From a candidate division CPR2 bacterium GW2011_GWC2_39_35 (lineage in GTDB: Bacteria > Patescibacteriota > CPR2): DNA of 64,000 bases. Position 1 is the stretch's first letter. Each line of letters starts with the position of its first letter. Location: the NCBI GenBank assembly GCA_000995065.1, contig LBWX01000002.1:62586-126585 (forward strand), written 5' to 3'. This document shows positions 54,088-63,749 of the stretch, piece by piece. Below the pieces are notes generated by a model. That model was given only the letters and a program-made list of their open reading frames with translations, was not told the DNA's origin and did no database searches. A program made the translations under genes and the position numbers.

Positions 54088-55407
54088 TTATAATCCCGGT
54101 AAGTTGTAGTTAAAGAAATTAGCCAAAAATAGGATAGCGGCTTTAGCAACTAATATTATTATGAGACCCACTACGGCCGCTGTCAACCCACTTTTAGCCG
54201 CCATAATTGAGTCCATATTGCCGGCAGACGTTACCATTCTGATGCCGCCAAGCAGTATAAAAATAATAGCCACAATAGCCGCAATGCTTAAAAGAAACTG
54301 GGTCAAGGTAATAATAAGCACTGTTACCTTGTTTAAGGTCGGTACCTCGTCGCATCCCAAAAAGCCAATTATGCTCTTTTTATTCTGGTCGAGCGAGCAT
54401 TCGAACTCAGGCTTTTCGGTCAGTGGCTTAGATATCTCATGATTGAAGGTAGCGTCTTTTGAGAACAGATTCCCCCATTCACTAATAACGTTACTCGTGC
54501 CTTGTAATTGCTCTACTTTTTGTTCATCGGTAAGTGCAGGGTTGCTTATGATTTTCTGAGCCTCGTCTAATTTATTTTTTAGGCCTATAGTTTCCTTATC
54601 TATCTTTTCTTTATCATAAAATAAGCTGCAGTTATTTTGGAATCCCGTAATCGCTTTATTCGCTTCTTCAATTGTAAACTCAGTAAAATCTAAGGTACCG
54701 CCCTTTATTAAGGCGTCTAGTTGGCTAGTTTGCTTTTTGATTTCGTCTAAATAGTAGCCTGTGCATTGAGTATATTGGTCATATATGGATTGTTTTGTTT
54801 TCGGTGCCGCCCATCCTTTTATTTTATAGGGAGGCGTTTTAGATGTTAAGCCTGTGATAGTAGTTCCTCCGTCTATCTTCTTTTCAATGTCATCAGGGAG
54901 ATTTTGGTTTTTGTAGTTATAGACGGGTATATTATTTTTACTACCATTCCTGCTAAGAGTAACCGCTAAACTACCGTCATTTTTTATAAAGAGATAGAAG
55001 TTTTCTTTGGTAGGAGCGTACATTTTGTATAAATAGCCATGCGTGTCATTACTATCTATATACCAGTCGATAAAAATTCCGTCTTCAGCGGTATTGCTGT
55101 AGTTGCCTTTTTCAGTCCCATTTTCGCCCAAATAAGCAAATTTTATCTCATAGTTTTTATCGTCGACCGTAGTAAATGTAATTCCAGCAATTCCTGATCC
55201 GCTTTTATCTGATGCTTTTCCCTCTGAAAAGCTCAATTTAGTTTTAGTATTTCCTAACATAGAACTATAATCTTCTACGCTAGGAGAGGCAAACAGTATA
55301 CCTGGTGTTAATATTAGAAAGGATAAGGTGAGTAAGATTAATGGTAGAAGTTTATTCATGCTTGTAGCTACTTTTTTTGATTTTGAGACGCTGCTGCTCT
55401 GTGACAT
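54088..55407 (-). CDS. surface protein with a C-terminal VirB2/TrbC-like pilin domain
   Basis: A ~330-aa extracellular N-terminus plus a C-terminus (GGIRMVTSAGNMDSIMAAKSGL...) paralogous to 53654..54052. Confidence 0.55.
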   Translation of the reverse strand: MSQSSSVSKSKKVATSMNKLLPLILLTLSFLILTPGILFASPSVEDYSSMLGNTKTKLSFSEGKASDKSGSGIAGITFTTVDDKNYEIKFAYLGENGTEKGNYSNTAEDGIFIDWYIDSNDTHGYLYKMYAPTKENFYLFIKNDGSLAVTLSRNGSKNNIPVYNYKNQNLPDDIEKKIDGGTTITGLTSKTPPYKIKGWAAPKTKQSIYDQYTQCTGYYLDEIKKQTSQLDALIKGGTLDFTEFTIEEANKAITGFQNNCSLFYDKEKIDKETIGLKNKLDEAQKIISNPALTDEQKVEQLQGTSNVISEWGNLFSKDATFNHEISKPLTEKPEFECSLDQNKKSIIGFLGCDEVPTLNKVTVLIITLTQFLLSIAAIVAIIFILLGGIRMVTSAGNMDSIMAAKSGLTAAVVGLIIILVAKAAILFLANFFNYNLPGL

Positions 55408-55408
55408 T

Positions 55409-56737
55409 TTACCCTCCGAACCAATTTAAGCCCACCGTATTAAATATTACTTTAGCGAGCAGAAGAACGGCCATACTGGTAATGGCGCCGAGTATCCAGG
55501 ATTTGGCATTCGAGATAGAGTCCGGGTTGCCGCCGCTAGTCATGTATAAAAAGCCGCCAAAAGTGGTAATAAGAATAGTTAAGAGGAAGCCGGCAAAAAG
55601 ACCCCAGTTGAAAACTTTATTGGTATAATCAGTAATAGCGTTTTTGCCGCTAAAACAGCCGAATAAGGTCTCAACGCCATCACACCCGGGCTTCTTATTA
55701 TCCTTGGCCGCGTTATTTTTGCACTCGGTTGCTCTTTCCTTCCATTCGCTTTCGCTTTTTGGAGCACCTTCTTTGTATATGCAATCGCAAATATCGGAAT
55801 AACCCCTTGTGGCACACTCATTCTGCCTCGATTCATTAAGTCTGCCAAGTGAGTCTTGTTCGGCTTGATTGGCCCTATCTAGCTTGTAGTAAGCATTTAA
55901 TACGGCCTTTAGATTATCGGATTCCCGTATCGGAATAACATTTGTTGACCCATTACTATTACAAAGGAGAGAAGCATTCTTGAAATTGTAGGAAGTTTGG
56001 TCGGTTCCCGCTGACCAGGGGCTCTGAATATCTATGGTGTCTCCTTTGGCCGAATTAAAGCTCCAGTCTCTGGTAACGAATAATATTGGTTTTCCGTTTT
56101 GTCTGGCATTCATATTATCTTTTATCTCGGCGTTTGTTTCTGCAGTTGTTGCTTCTCTTAAACCCTCTTTCATTTTAAAAACTTCGCCGTTATCGCTTGT
56201 AATTTGGATATCCGAAGGATTCAGAGCCAAATCCCATGAAAAAGTATCGCCACTATTGTAGCAAGACTTCTTAACATCATTCTTTGGTGCTAATAATGTT
56301 ATGGTCTGAATTGCTTGATCTGACCATCCGCCAATACTGCTAAAAGTATAGTGATATATTCTAGCACTAGCATTTGTGGTTAAATTCATAGCGGAGGGAA
56401 GATTAGACGATTGAAATTCGATATAATAAACATGCATCACATCGAAACTAAGCCTTTTTTCCCAATATTCATATCGGTAATAAGCGTTAGCGCTCAAACC
56501 GCCAGAAGCTACGTTCGGTCCTTTCATGCCCCCGATATCATTATTGACGGTCAAACTGTTTCCGAGCTCATCAAAGAGAAATGTTCCCAAGGGTCCGGTT
56601 ATTGTTTCGTAGTCATCGCTTAGTTGGTAGTTATCGGAGGCTTGAGCAGATGACAAAAAAAGGGGGGAGAATAATGCGATAGTTGCAATAAGTAAGGACG
56701 TTATTAGAGTTTTAATTAGTTTGGCGACGATACTCAT
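55409..56737 (-). CDS. surface protein with a C-terminal VirB2/TrbC-like pilin domain
   Basis: A signal peptide, a Cys-containing extracellular domain and a C-terminus (GGFLYMTSGGNPDSISNAKSWIL...) of the same pilin-like type. Confidence 0.55.
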   Translation of the reverse strand: MSIVAKLIKTLITSLLIATIALFSPLFLSSAQASDNYQLSDDYETITGPLGTFLFDELGNSLTVNNDIGGMKGPNVASGGLSANAYYRYEYWEKRLSFDVMHVYYIEFQSSNLPSAMNLTTNASARIYHYTFSSIGGWSDQAIQTITLLAPKNDVKKSCYNSGDTFSWDLALNPSDIQITSDNGEVFKMKEGLREATTAETNAEIKDNMNARQNGKPILFVTRDWSFNSAKGDTIDIQSPWSAGTDQTSYNFKNASLLCNSNGSTNVIPIRESDNLKAVLNAYYKLDRANQAEQDSLGRLNESRQNECATRGYSDICDCIYKEGAPKSESEWKERATECKNNAAKDNKKPGCDGVETLFGCFSGKNAITDYTNKVFNWGLFAGFLLTILITTFGGFLYMTSGGNPDSISNAKSWILGAITSMAVLLLAKVIFNTVGLNWFGG

Positions 56738-57018
56738 GTTCCCATATTATCATACCGGTCTTTTATTTATCAATAAAAAGCCTATTTATCAAGGATCCGA
56801 TATCCTTTGATAATTAAAGTAGATATTCGAATCTTTAAGTCTAAATTTTCATAAAAAATAAATTTATCTAAAGAACTAGGTTTAAAGGATTTGGTAAATG
56901 TTTAAATTAAGTAAGAACGAGTCTTTAATATTAGATGTTAAAATAAAAGCACATAAATTAAGCAGCCATTTTAAGGCTGCTTAAAGGTTTATTACTTTTT
57001 GTTAACCGTTTATTGATC

Positions 57019-57468
57019 TTACTCCGCAGATACTTTAATTTTTCTGACTTTGGCTTGATCGGCCTTGGGCAGCCTTATGCTTAGAATCCCGTTTTTAAAA
57101 GAAGCTTGGGCTTTATCGGAAACAGTAGCAACCGGAAGGATTACTGATCTGGAAAAAGCGCCCCAATAACATTCCTGGGCAAAATAATGCTCGCTTTCTA
57201 CTTCTTTAGTATCTTGTCTGTGGCCCTTTATGGTAACCACATCGTCTGTAATGGCGATATCGATATCATCGGGCTTAACGCCGGCGATCGGAGCTTTAAT
57301 AACTAGCTCATCCTTATTTTGATAAACATCGACTGCGAGCTGGCCTTCTGTTTCGGAGAGCCAATCTTCGCTTCCGGCAGCATCGTTTACAGATTGAAAA
57401 AAGTCTTCCTCGGTAATTAAAGCCTCAGCTTGCTCTTTAAGCTTCGAAATTGGTGAGTTATTAGTCAT
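57019..57468 (-). CDS. Hsp20/alpha-crystallin family small heat shock protein
   Basis: An alpha-crystallin domain (LAVDVYQNKDELVIKAPIAGVKPDDIDI...ILSIRLPK). Confidence 0.85.
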   Translation of the reverse strand: MTNNSPISKLKEQAEALITEEDFFQSVNDAAGSEDWLSETEGQLAVDVYQNKDELVIKAPIAGVKPDDIDIAITDDVVTIKGHRQDTKEVESEHYFAQECYWGAFSRSVILPVATVSDKAQASFKNGILSIRLPKADQAKVRKIKVSAE

Positions 57469-57557
57469 TATGTACCCTCCTTAGTTCATAATTTGAAATC
57501 TAATATTATTTTACGAGATATAAGCCAAATTGCAAGGTTTTTTATAGCAACAGAAGA

Positions 57558-57740
57558 ATTAAAATCCAAATGCCAAAGTTCAAATTCCAAATGAATGACC
57601 AATGACTAAATTTTAAATTTTTAAGCATTGAGAATTAGGCCTTCGGATCTGAGGTCTTCGACCGTGAGGCTCAGACCGAATCGGCTCAGGCTCGAAGAGG
57701 CTTAATTTGGCATTTGGAATTTGAGCTTTGACATTTATAT
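57558..57740. repeat. MITE-like element related to the 4HB-element arms, with a GC-rich structured core
   Basis: AATCCAAATGCCAAAGTTCAAATTCCAAATGAATG and its inverse AATTTGGCATTTGGAATTTGAGCTTTGACATTT flank a GC-rich hairpin at 57640-57700. Confidence 0.55.
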
Positions 57741-57783
57741 GTACTGTGTAGAAGTAATATCATTTTAGGCCTATAATACTTAT

Positions 57784-58503
57784 ATGAAACCAAAATATCT
57801 AATTATGCGCCAAATTGCCCCTTTTCTAAAGGATTTATTATTTCCTAGAAGGTGTGTTAGCTGCGGTAAAATCGATACCTTCCTATGCGATAAGTGTGCA
57901 TCTATGATGCTGTCTGTTTCTAGCCATAAATGCCTATTTTGCAAAAAGATGATTGATGGCCAGATTTGTGATTCTTGCAAGAAAGAGTTTCGCGTAAAAA
58001 ATGCCTACGTATCGGTTTATTATAGGGAAGGTCCGGCAAGAGATTTGATAGTAAATTTAAAGTTTAAGGGTAAAAAAGAGATCGCGGGATTGATGGGAAC
58101 GATGGTGGCAGAAAAAATGCTGCAGTCATGGAGGGTTCGACCCTTCAGAGGGTCGAACCCTTTTAAGGACTATGTTTTGGTTCCGGTTCCTTTGGACAAA
58201 AGAAGAAAAAATGAGCGGGGATTTAATCAGAGCGAGCTTTTGGCTCGCGAGCTGGGAAGAAGCCTTGGCCTAGAAGTTCGGAAAATTCTTGGCAAACGTC
58301 TTAGGGCGCCGCAAATGGGCTTAAATAGAAAAGAGCGCCAACAAAATCTAAAGGGTGCTTTTTATGGTATTTCTAAACCACCAAAAAAAGTATTACTGGT
58401 GGATGATGTTCTAACAACCGGCGCGACAGTTAAAGAATGTACGCGGGTTTTAAAGGAAAATGGAGCCAGAGAAGTAGCGGTGGCAGTGTTTGCGAGAGAC
58501 TAA
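57784..58503 (+). CDS. comF: ComF-family protein (double zinc ribbon plus phosphoribosyltransferase domain)
   Basis: CVSCG...CDKC...CLFCKK...CDSC zinc ribbons and a PRTase motif (VLLVDDVLTTGATV). Confidence 0.8.
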   Translation: MKPKYLIMRQIAPFLKDLLFPRRCVSCGKIDTFLCDKCASMMLSVSSHKCLFCKKMIDGQICDSCKKEFRVKNAYVSVYYREGPARDLIVNLKFKGKKEIAGLMGTMVAEKMLQSWRVRPFRGSNPFKDYVLVPVPLDKRRKNERGFNQSELLARELGRSLGLEVRKILGKRLRAPQMGLNRKERQQNLKGAFYGISKPPKKVLLVDDVLTTGATVKECTRVLKENGAREVAVAVFARD

Positions 58504-58504
58504 A

Positions 58505-58697
58505 GGTTAATGTCAAATGACAAAATCCAAATTTCAAATGAATATTAAATGAATTAATGTCAAATAATTACAATCTCCTTATTCTTTTAAATAAATCTAA
58601 AAAGAGTTTCATGTTTTGACCATTCATATTTTTGTATTACTTAAGATTTGGAAATTAGAATTTGATTTGATATTTGACATTTGAGCTTTGACATTAA
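58505..58697. repeat. MITE-like element related to the 4HB-element arms
   Basis: AATGTCAAATGACAAAATCCAAATTTCAAATGAATATTAAATG...TTGATTTGATATTTGACATTTGAGCTTTGACATT. Confidence 0.55.
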
Positions 58698-58701
58698 ACG
58701 G

Positions 58702-60318
58702 TCACTCCTTCACCGTCTTTAAAATCTCATCTACCGTTGTTATTCCGGCAAGAGCCTTAAGAAGTCCGTCTTGTTCCATGGTGAGCATGCCGTTTTTGAT
58801 GGCTGCTGCTTGGATGACGCTTGGCAAGGCGCGCGTCATAATAAGTTGCTGCATGTCTGTGGTTACTTTTAGCATCTCGTAAATTCCAATTCGTCCTTTA
58901 TATCCAATGTTAAAGCAGCGGTCGCACCCTTTTCCCTTAAAGAATTGAAGGTTTTTATAGTGAGTGCGGTATTTCTCCGGCAAGGTCTCGAAAATATGCT
59001 TGGCGACAGCCAGTTTATCTGTGCCTAGACCCTCTTCCGATCGGCAATAAGGGCAGATTTTTCTTACCAATCTTTGAGCAACGATCAGGTTTATTGAAGA
59101 AGAAATAAGGGAAACATCTCCGACCATGTCCGAAAGTCGGGCTATGGCAATAGCCGCATTATTGGCGTGAAAAGTAGTAAGAAGAAGGTGGCCGGTTAAG
59201 GCTGATTGGAGGGCTGTTTTGGCAGTGTCGTTGTCCCTAATCTCACCGATCATAATAATGTCCGGATCTTCTCTTAAAACGGCTTTTAAGCGATCTAAGA
59301 ATATTTCTCCTTGGTTAACTTGCGATTGGGAAATCCCGGGAAGCTCATATTCCACCGGATCTTCGAGGGTTACTATTTTCCTTTCCGGCGAGTTAAGTTC
59401 CCCCAGGAGGGCATATAAGGTGGATGTTTTTCCCGAACCGGTTGGTCCGACTACGATTACCATGCCATGGGGTCTTAAAAGTATCTCTTTGATATTAGGA
59501 TAAGCCTCCTTAGTGATTCCAAGATCGGTAAGCCTTAGTTCCTGGGCTTCGTTATGAAACAACCTCATCACAACTTCCTGGCCATGAAGAACGGGAATGG
59601 TCTCCACTCTGATGTCCACGCCGCTAATGTTTACATTTTCGGATTGGGTATGAAGCCGTCCATTCTGAGGTTTGCCCGCATCCATCTGAAGACTGCTGTT
59701 AATAAAGACTTCCGAGAGAAGATAGTTATGCCGGTCCTTTGGTAATTGTGCTATCGGATGAAGTACACCATCAATTCTAAAGCGGATATTGGCGCCATCG
59801 CTTCTTGGTTCGATATGAATATCCGAACTTTTGGTTTGAATTGCCGCCGCTAAAATATCAGCGAGAAGAAACTGAATACCGTCTGTCTGGAGCTTGCTGC
59901 CGAGCGAAGACAGATCAGTCTTTTCACCGGATTCCAAAATAATAGTCCCCGGTTCGAGCTCAATTTTTTTGTTTATGACAAAATCATCATACCTAACAAT
60001 ATTATCGACAAAACTTGACTGAGAGATTAAAACTAAGACAACGTCGTGTTCGCCTTTAAGGCTTTCTACAAATTCGGCAAGTCCGCTAATTTGAGGACTG
60101 ACGATACCCAGGTAAAATAAGCCATTCCTTACGGCAATCGGAATGGTTTTGTATTGACGCGCATCATTGGCCGGTATTAGTTGCATATCATCGTCGGAGG
60201 GGACGATTTGTCTTAGATCAGCATACTTTAGCCCCATTGACTCGGCGCGCTGCAATGTATCTTGCTCTTCTGAATCTCTAAAAGCTTTATCTTTAAGCTC
60301 AGTTGACGAATAAGCCAT
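58702..60318 (-). CDS. pilB: type IV pilus/type II secretion assembly ATPase (PilB/GspE family)
   Basis: Walker A (VVGPTGSGKTSTL), Asp box, His box and a C-terminal tetracysteine (CPYC...CDRC). Confidence 0.85.
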   Translation of the reverse strand: MAYSSTELKDKAFRDSEEQDTLQRAESMGLKYADLRQIVPSDDDMQLIPANDARQYKTIPIAVRNGLFYLGIVSPQISGLAEFVESLKGEHDVVLVLISQSSFVDNIVRYDDFVINKKIELEPGTIILESGEKTDLSSLGSKLQTDGIQFLLADILAAAIQTKSSDIHIEPRSDGANIRFRIDGVLHPIAQLPKDRHNYLLSEVFINSSLQMDAGKPQNGRLHTQSENVNISGVDIRVETIPVLHGQEVVMRLFHNEAQELRLTDLGITKEAYPNIKEILLRPHGMVIVVGPTGSGKTSTLYALLGELNSPERKIVTLEDPVEYELPGISQSQVNQGEIFLDRLKAVLREDPDIIMIGEIRDNDTAKTALQSALTGHLLLTTFHANNAAIAIARLSDMVGDVSLISSSINLIVAQRLVRKICPYCRSEEGLGTDKLAVAKHIFETLPEKYRTHYKNLQFFKGKGCDRCFNIGYKGRIGIYEMLKVTTDMQQLIMTRALPSVIQAAAIKNGMLTMEQDGLLKALAGITTVDEILKTVKE

Positions 60319-60339
60319 TAACCCTCCAAGATAATTATA

Positions 60340-60367
60340 GCAGGAAATAGGAAGTAGGAAATAGTAA
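60340..60367. repeat. degenerate (AGGAAAT)4 heptanucleotide repeat
   Basis: AGGAAATAGGAAGTAGGAAATAGTAAGT lies immediately upstream of the pilB start. Confidence 0.5.
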
Positions 60368-60469
60368 GTCGAAAAGTCTTATATTCTGATTGAAAATTGT
60401 TATTTTTCGGGTTATAATCATTGAGTAATTTTAAAAGATCATGCATTTCGCGTTTTAACTGCCAACACA

Positions 60470-60555
60470 GTCATTGCGAGGAAGCTCTGTTATGAAGCAA
60501 TCTCATTTGCGTGCAGAAAAGGATTGCCGCGTTCCCTCTGGTCGCTCGCAATGAC
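60470..60555. repeat. GTCATTGCGAG...CTCGCAATGAC structured inverted-repeat element (copy C)
   Basis: A perfect 11-bp terminal inverted repeat enclosing GAAGCAATC...GGATTGCC. Confidence 0.6.
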
Positions 60556-60588
60556 AAAGTGCGAAATGCGTGAAGATACTGGATTTTT

Positions 60589-60678
60589 GGAAGGGTGGCA
60601 GAGCGGACGAATGCGGCAGTCTTGAAAACTGTTGAACTCGCAAGGGTTCCGTGGGTTCGAATCCCACCCCTTCCGCCA
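60589..60678 (+). tRNA. tRNA-Ser (anticodon TGA)
   Basis: GGAAGGGTGGCAGAGCGG...CTTGAAA...GGGTTCGAATCCCACCCCTTCCGCCA, with a long variable arm and TGA in the anticodon loop. Confidence 0.8.
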
Positions 60679-60792
60679 TTTGTATATTATAATTAAGATG
60701 GTTTTTAGCAGAAAATTTGATAATATAGTGAAAAGATTAAAGAAGTTAATTACCATAATTTTGACCTTTGATTTTTAACTTTTGAAATATTC

Positions 60793-60887
<95 letters not shown>

Positions 60888-61109
60888 TTACGCCGATGGG
60901 GCGGAAAATGCCCTTCGCAGCTCTATACGCCCGGCCTTCGTAGCCACTTCGGCGGAGTAGGCAAGTAGGGCTCTGTCCAATTTTTGCAACAAAGTTTTAA
61001 AAAATAGCTTCAAATGGCAAGCCAGCAAATCATAATAATTTTGCTTATTGAATAAAATACTAAAGATTTCCGCGGAGGCGGAATTTTTATGTAAAAACTC
61101 CTATTCTTT

Positions 61110-61155
61110 CTTTATTCCCTCTCCCTTGAGGAAGAGGGTTGGGGTGAGGGGGGGG
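61110..61155. repeat. CCCTCTCCC/GGAAGAGGG hairpin followed by TTGGGGTGAGGG (copy B)
   Basis: A homolog of 44265-44300, lying upstream of the gene at 61245. Confidence 0.45.
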
Positions 61156-61244
61156 TAGGATGACAAGTTTGGCTGATGCATAAAATAGAGTACTTTAAAA
61201 AACTACAGTTGCCGAATTTTGAGGATTAGTGCTAATATTAGATT

Positions 61245-61754
61245 ATGGCAGAAGAAATATCTTCAAATGAGCAAACCGAAACCGACGAGACTAATCGACC
61301 AATTTTAGCGTGGGAGACGCATGAGTTTTCGCATTTTGATCGGGGTAAAGTTTGGTATATAGGCATAGGGACGTTTTTTGTCATCCTAATCGGTTATTTT
61401 GCCTTTTTTAGACAGTGGACATCGGTATTTGTTTTTATTGCTTTGGCAATAGTGTTATTTAGATTTATTAAATCCGAGCCGGAGTACGTGTCTTGTGAGA
61501 TTCTGGATGCCGGAGTGAGATTTAATAATCGGTTTTATAGCTATGGGGATTTGCACTCTTTTTCTATTGCTTACAATGACGCTACCAAATTTCTACAGCT
61601 ACTAACCAACTATCGCTATATGTATGCTATTAAAATCCCTCTAAGTAATGATGTTAATCCTTTAGATGTTAGGGAGCTTCTAGTAAGACATATTCCAGAG
61701 CAGCCTTATGAGGAAGATTTAATAGATAAGGTGTCAAAGTTCTTAAAGATTTAG
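61245..61754 (+). CDS. hypothetical membrane protein
   Basis: Two TM helices after an acidic N-terminus. Confidence 0.4.
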   Translation: MAEEISSNEQTETDETNRPILAWETHEFSHFDRGKVWYIGIGTFFVILIGYFAFFRQWTSVFVFIALAIVLFRFIKSEPEYVSCEILDAGVRFNNRFYSYGDLHSFSIAYNDATKFLQLLTNYRYMYAIKIPLSNDVNPLDVRELLVRHIPEQPYEEDLIDKVSKFLKI

Positions 61755-61918
61755 GACTTCGTGTTTTTTTTACACTAACTAGAGGTCAATTTAAGCACAA
61801 ATAGATAGTTTTTTTTTAACACTAAGTGTGTTAATTCATCTTAAATCTAAAGATTTAATTAAAATAAAGCAAGTAGTTAGTGTATTTTTGTCACTAAGTA
61901 CTTACGGTTGATGTGTAT

Positions 61919-61994
61919 GCCCCTGTAGCTCAGTGGATAGAGCGCCAGCTTGCGGAGCTGAAGGTCGCCCGTTCGAGTCGGGCCAGGGGTACCA
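61919..61994 (+). tRNA. tRNA-Arg (anticodon read as GCG; one mismatch in the anticodon stem)
   Basis: GCCCCTGTAGCTCAGTGGATAGAGCGCCAGCTTGCGGAGCTGAAGGTCGCCCGTTCGAGTCGGGCCAGGGGTACCA. Confidence 0.65.
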
Positions 61995-62138
61995 GGGACA
62001 GCTAAAAATTTAAAGTTCAAATTGCAAAGTTACAAAGCAAAACTGTAGAAGTAATGAATTTATTATCAAATTGTTCCACGTGAAACAATCTGAAGGTAGT
62101 AGCGAAAAGTTATGGGCTATAAGTGACCGCAGGTCCAT

Positions 62139-62229
62139 GGAGAGGTGTCCGAGTGGTTGAAGGTGCCGCTCTCGAAAAGCGGTGGGGGCCAAAAGCTCCT
62201 CGTGGGTTCGAATCCCACCCTCTCCGCCA
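62139..62229 (+). tRNA. tRNA-Ser (anticodon CGA)
   Basis: GGAGAGGTGTCCGAGTGGTTGAAGGTGCCGCTCTCGAAAAGCGG...GGGTTCGAATCCCACCCTCTCCGCCA. Confidence 0.8.
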
Positions 62230-62347
62230 AAAAACAATCAATAATTAGTTAGGCGAAGATATTGATAGTATGTTAGAGTTCTCGGCCCAAGACCGACCCG
62301 CCTTGGGCGGGGAATCCTCGCCCCCCCGACGATAGGAGAAATACATT

Positions 62348-63151
62348 ATGCAAATCGACTATGGAAAATTTCCTTACAGTTATCCGATATCAACAGCCAA
62401 GAAAAAATGTAAGGAAAGGTATGTGGGTTTTAGGTTCTTGACTAAGGTTCCAAAGATTATATTTCCCAATAAGGACATTTATGCCTTGTCTTATGCCTAC
62501 TTCAGATGGTTTGACGATATAGTAGACTCAATTAAGCTCGGGAAAGAGGATGTCGGATATATTATAAAAAGGCAAAAAGATTTCTTAAATGAACTTTACC
62601 TAAAGGGCTTTCCCGAAGAAATTGCTACCGAGGAACTATTTTTAGCTCATTTTGTTAGGTTCGATCAGTTGGAAAAGCGAAGGCTGAAGACTCATATTGT
62701 GGAATTGGTTAAAACGCTTGAGTTCGATTTTGATAGGAGAGGTAGAGTGATTTCGGCTCAGGAACTCGAATCATATATAAATAGCAACGTGAGTTCGTAT
62801 ATTGCAATCTCTCTTTCGATATTTGATCTACCGAGGAGGTTTAAGGAGAGTTTTTATCAGATTTCGTATGCTGCATTCGTGATAGATTATATATATGATT
62901 TAAGGAGTGATATACGGCTTGGTTTTATAAATATTCCTGAAGAAGAAATTGAAGAATTTAAGCTTAATCCAGCTAGTTTAGATAGCGAAGAAGCTAAAAA
63001 TTGGATAAAATGTAAAATAAACAGCATTGAAAAGAATTTTTATAAGCCGCTACCAAAAGGTTTGCCAATTCTGCCTTATATCATGATCCGGTTGATGATT
63101 CTTAAGAGAAAATTTAAGTTAAAGCAGATTAAGGGCCATGTATTAACATGA
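62348..63151 (+). CDS. squalene/phytoene synthase-family (head-to-head isoprenoid synthase-like) protein
   Basis: The first Asp-rich motif (YALSYAYFRWFDDIVDS) and a second motif region (DYIYDLRSDIRLGFINIPEEE). Confidence 0.55.
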   Translation: MQIDYGKFPYSYPISTAKKKCKERYVGFRFLTKVPKIIFPNKDIYALSYAYFRWFDDIVDSIKLGKEDVGYIIKRQKDFLNELYLKGFPEEIATEELFLAHFVRFDQLEKRRLKTHIVELVKTLEFDFDRRGRVISAQELESYINSNVSSYIAISLSIFDLPRRFKESFYQISYAAFVIDYIYDLRSDIRLGFINIPEEEIEEFKLNPASLDSEEAKNWIKCKINSIEKNFYKPLPKGLPILPYIMIRLMILKRKFKLKQIKGHVLT

Positions 63152-63176
63152 TTGTAAAAATATTTGGAGGCAAGTA

Positions 63177-63749
63177 ATGTCAAATGACATCGAAATTGAA
63201 ATTAAGGTACGGATAAAGGATAAGGCGCCTTTACTGAGCTTTTTATCCAAGAATGCGAAGTTTAGATCTACAAACCATCAAATTGATGAGTATTATACGC
63301 CGGCACATCGTAATTTTCTGGAGGCAAACCCCGTAAAAGAGTGGCTAAGGCTTAGGGATAATGACGGTATTTATTCTTTAGACTACAAGAATTGGCATTT
63401 TGAGCCAGATGACAGAAGCTCTTACTGTGACGAATACGAAGCCAAAATCGAAAACATGGGTCAGATGAGAAAGATATTAGGCGTACTTGATGCTAAACCA
63501 ATTGTAATAGTTGATAAAATGCGGGAAATTTGGGATTATAATGACTATGAGATTGGGATTGATTCGGTTGTAAACCTGGGTGATTTTGTTGAAATCGAAT
63601 ATACTGGTAATCATGAAAAAACTGATTCTAAAAAGATAACTGATGAAATGATGAGTTTCCTTAAAGAAATTGGTTGCAAAGACATTAAGAGAGATTATGT
63701 CGGTTACCCTCATATGTTGCTATATGGTATAAGTGGGGCAAATAAATGA
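63177..63749 (+). CDS. CYTH-domain protein (class IV adenylate cyclase / triphosphate tunnel metalloenzyme family)
   Basis: An N-terminal EIEIKVRI motif matching the ExExK signature. Confidence 0.65.
   Translation: MSNDIEIEIKVRIKDKAPLLSFLSKNAKFRSTNHQIDEYYTPAHRNFLEANPVKEWLRLRDNDGIYSLDYKNWHFEPDDRSSYCDEYEAKIENMGQMRKILGVLDAKPIVIVDKMREIWDYNDYEIGIDSVVNLGDFVEIEYTGNHEKTDSKKITDEMMSFLKEIGCKDIKRDYVGYPHMLLYGISGANK

Noticed and set aside
60490-60756. 88-aa minus-strand ORF
   Set aside because: It overlaps tRNA-Ser(TGA) and the GTCATTGCGAG repeat. It is not coding.
60895-61080. GC-rich hairpin region after tRNA-Ser(GCT) (CGCCGATGGGGCGG..., GCCCGGCCTTCG...)
   Set aside because: It is possibly a small RNA or terminator, but I could not match it to any known RNA family by eye (SRP, tmRNA, 6S, RNase P) and there is no repeat copy. 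The evidence is insufficient.
62010-62237. 75-aa minus-strand ORF
   Set aside because: It overlaps tRNA-Ser(CGA) (62139-62229) and is spurious.
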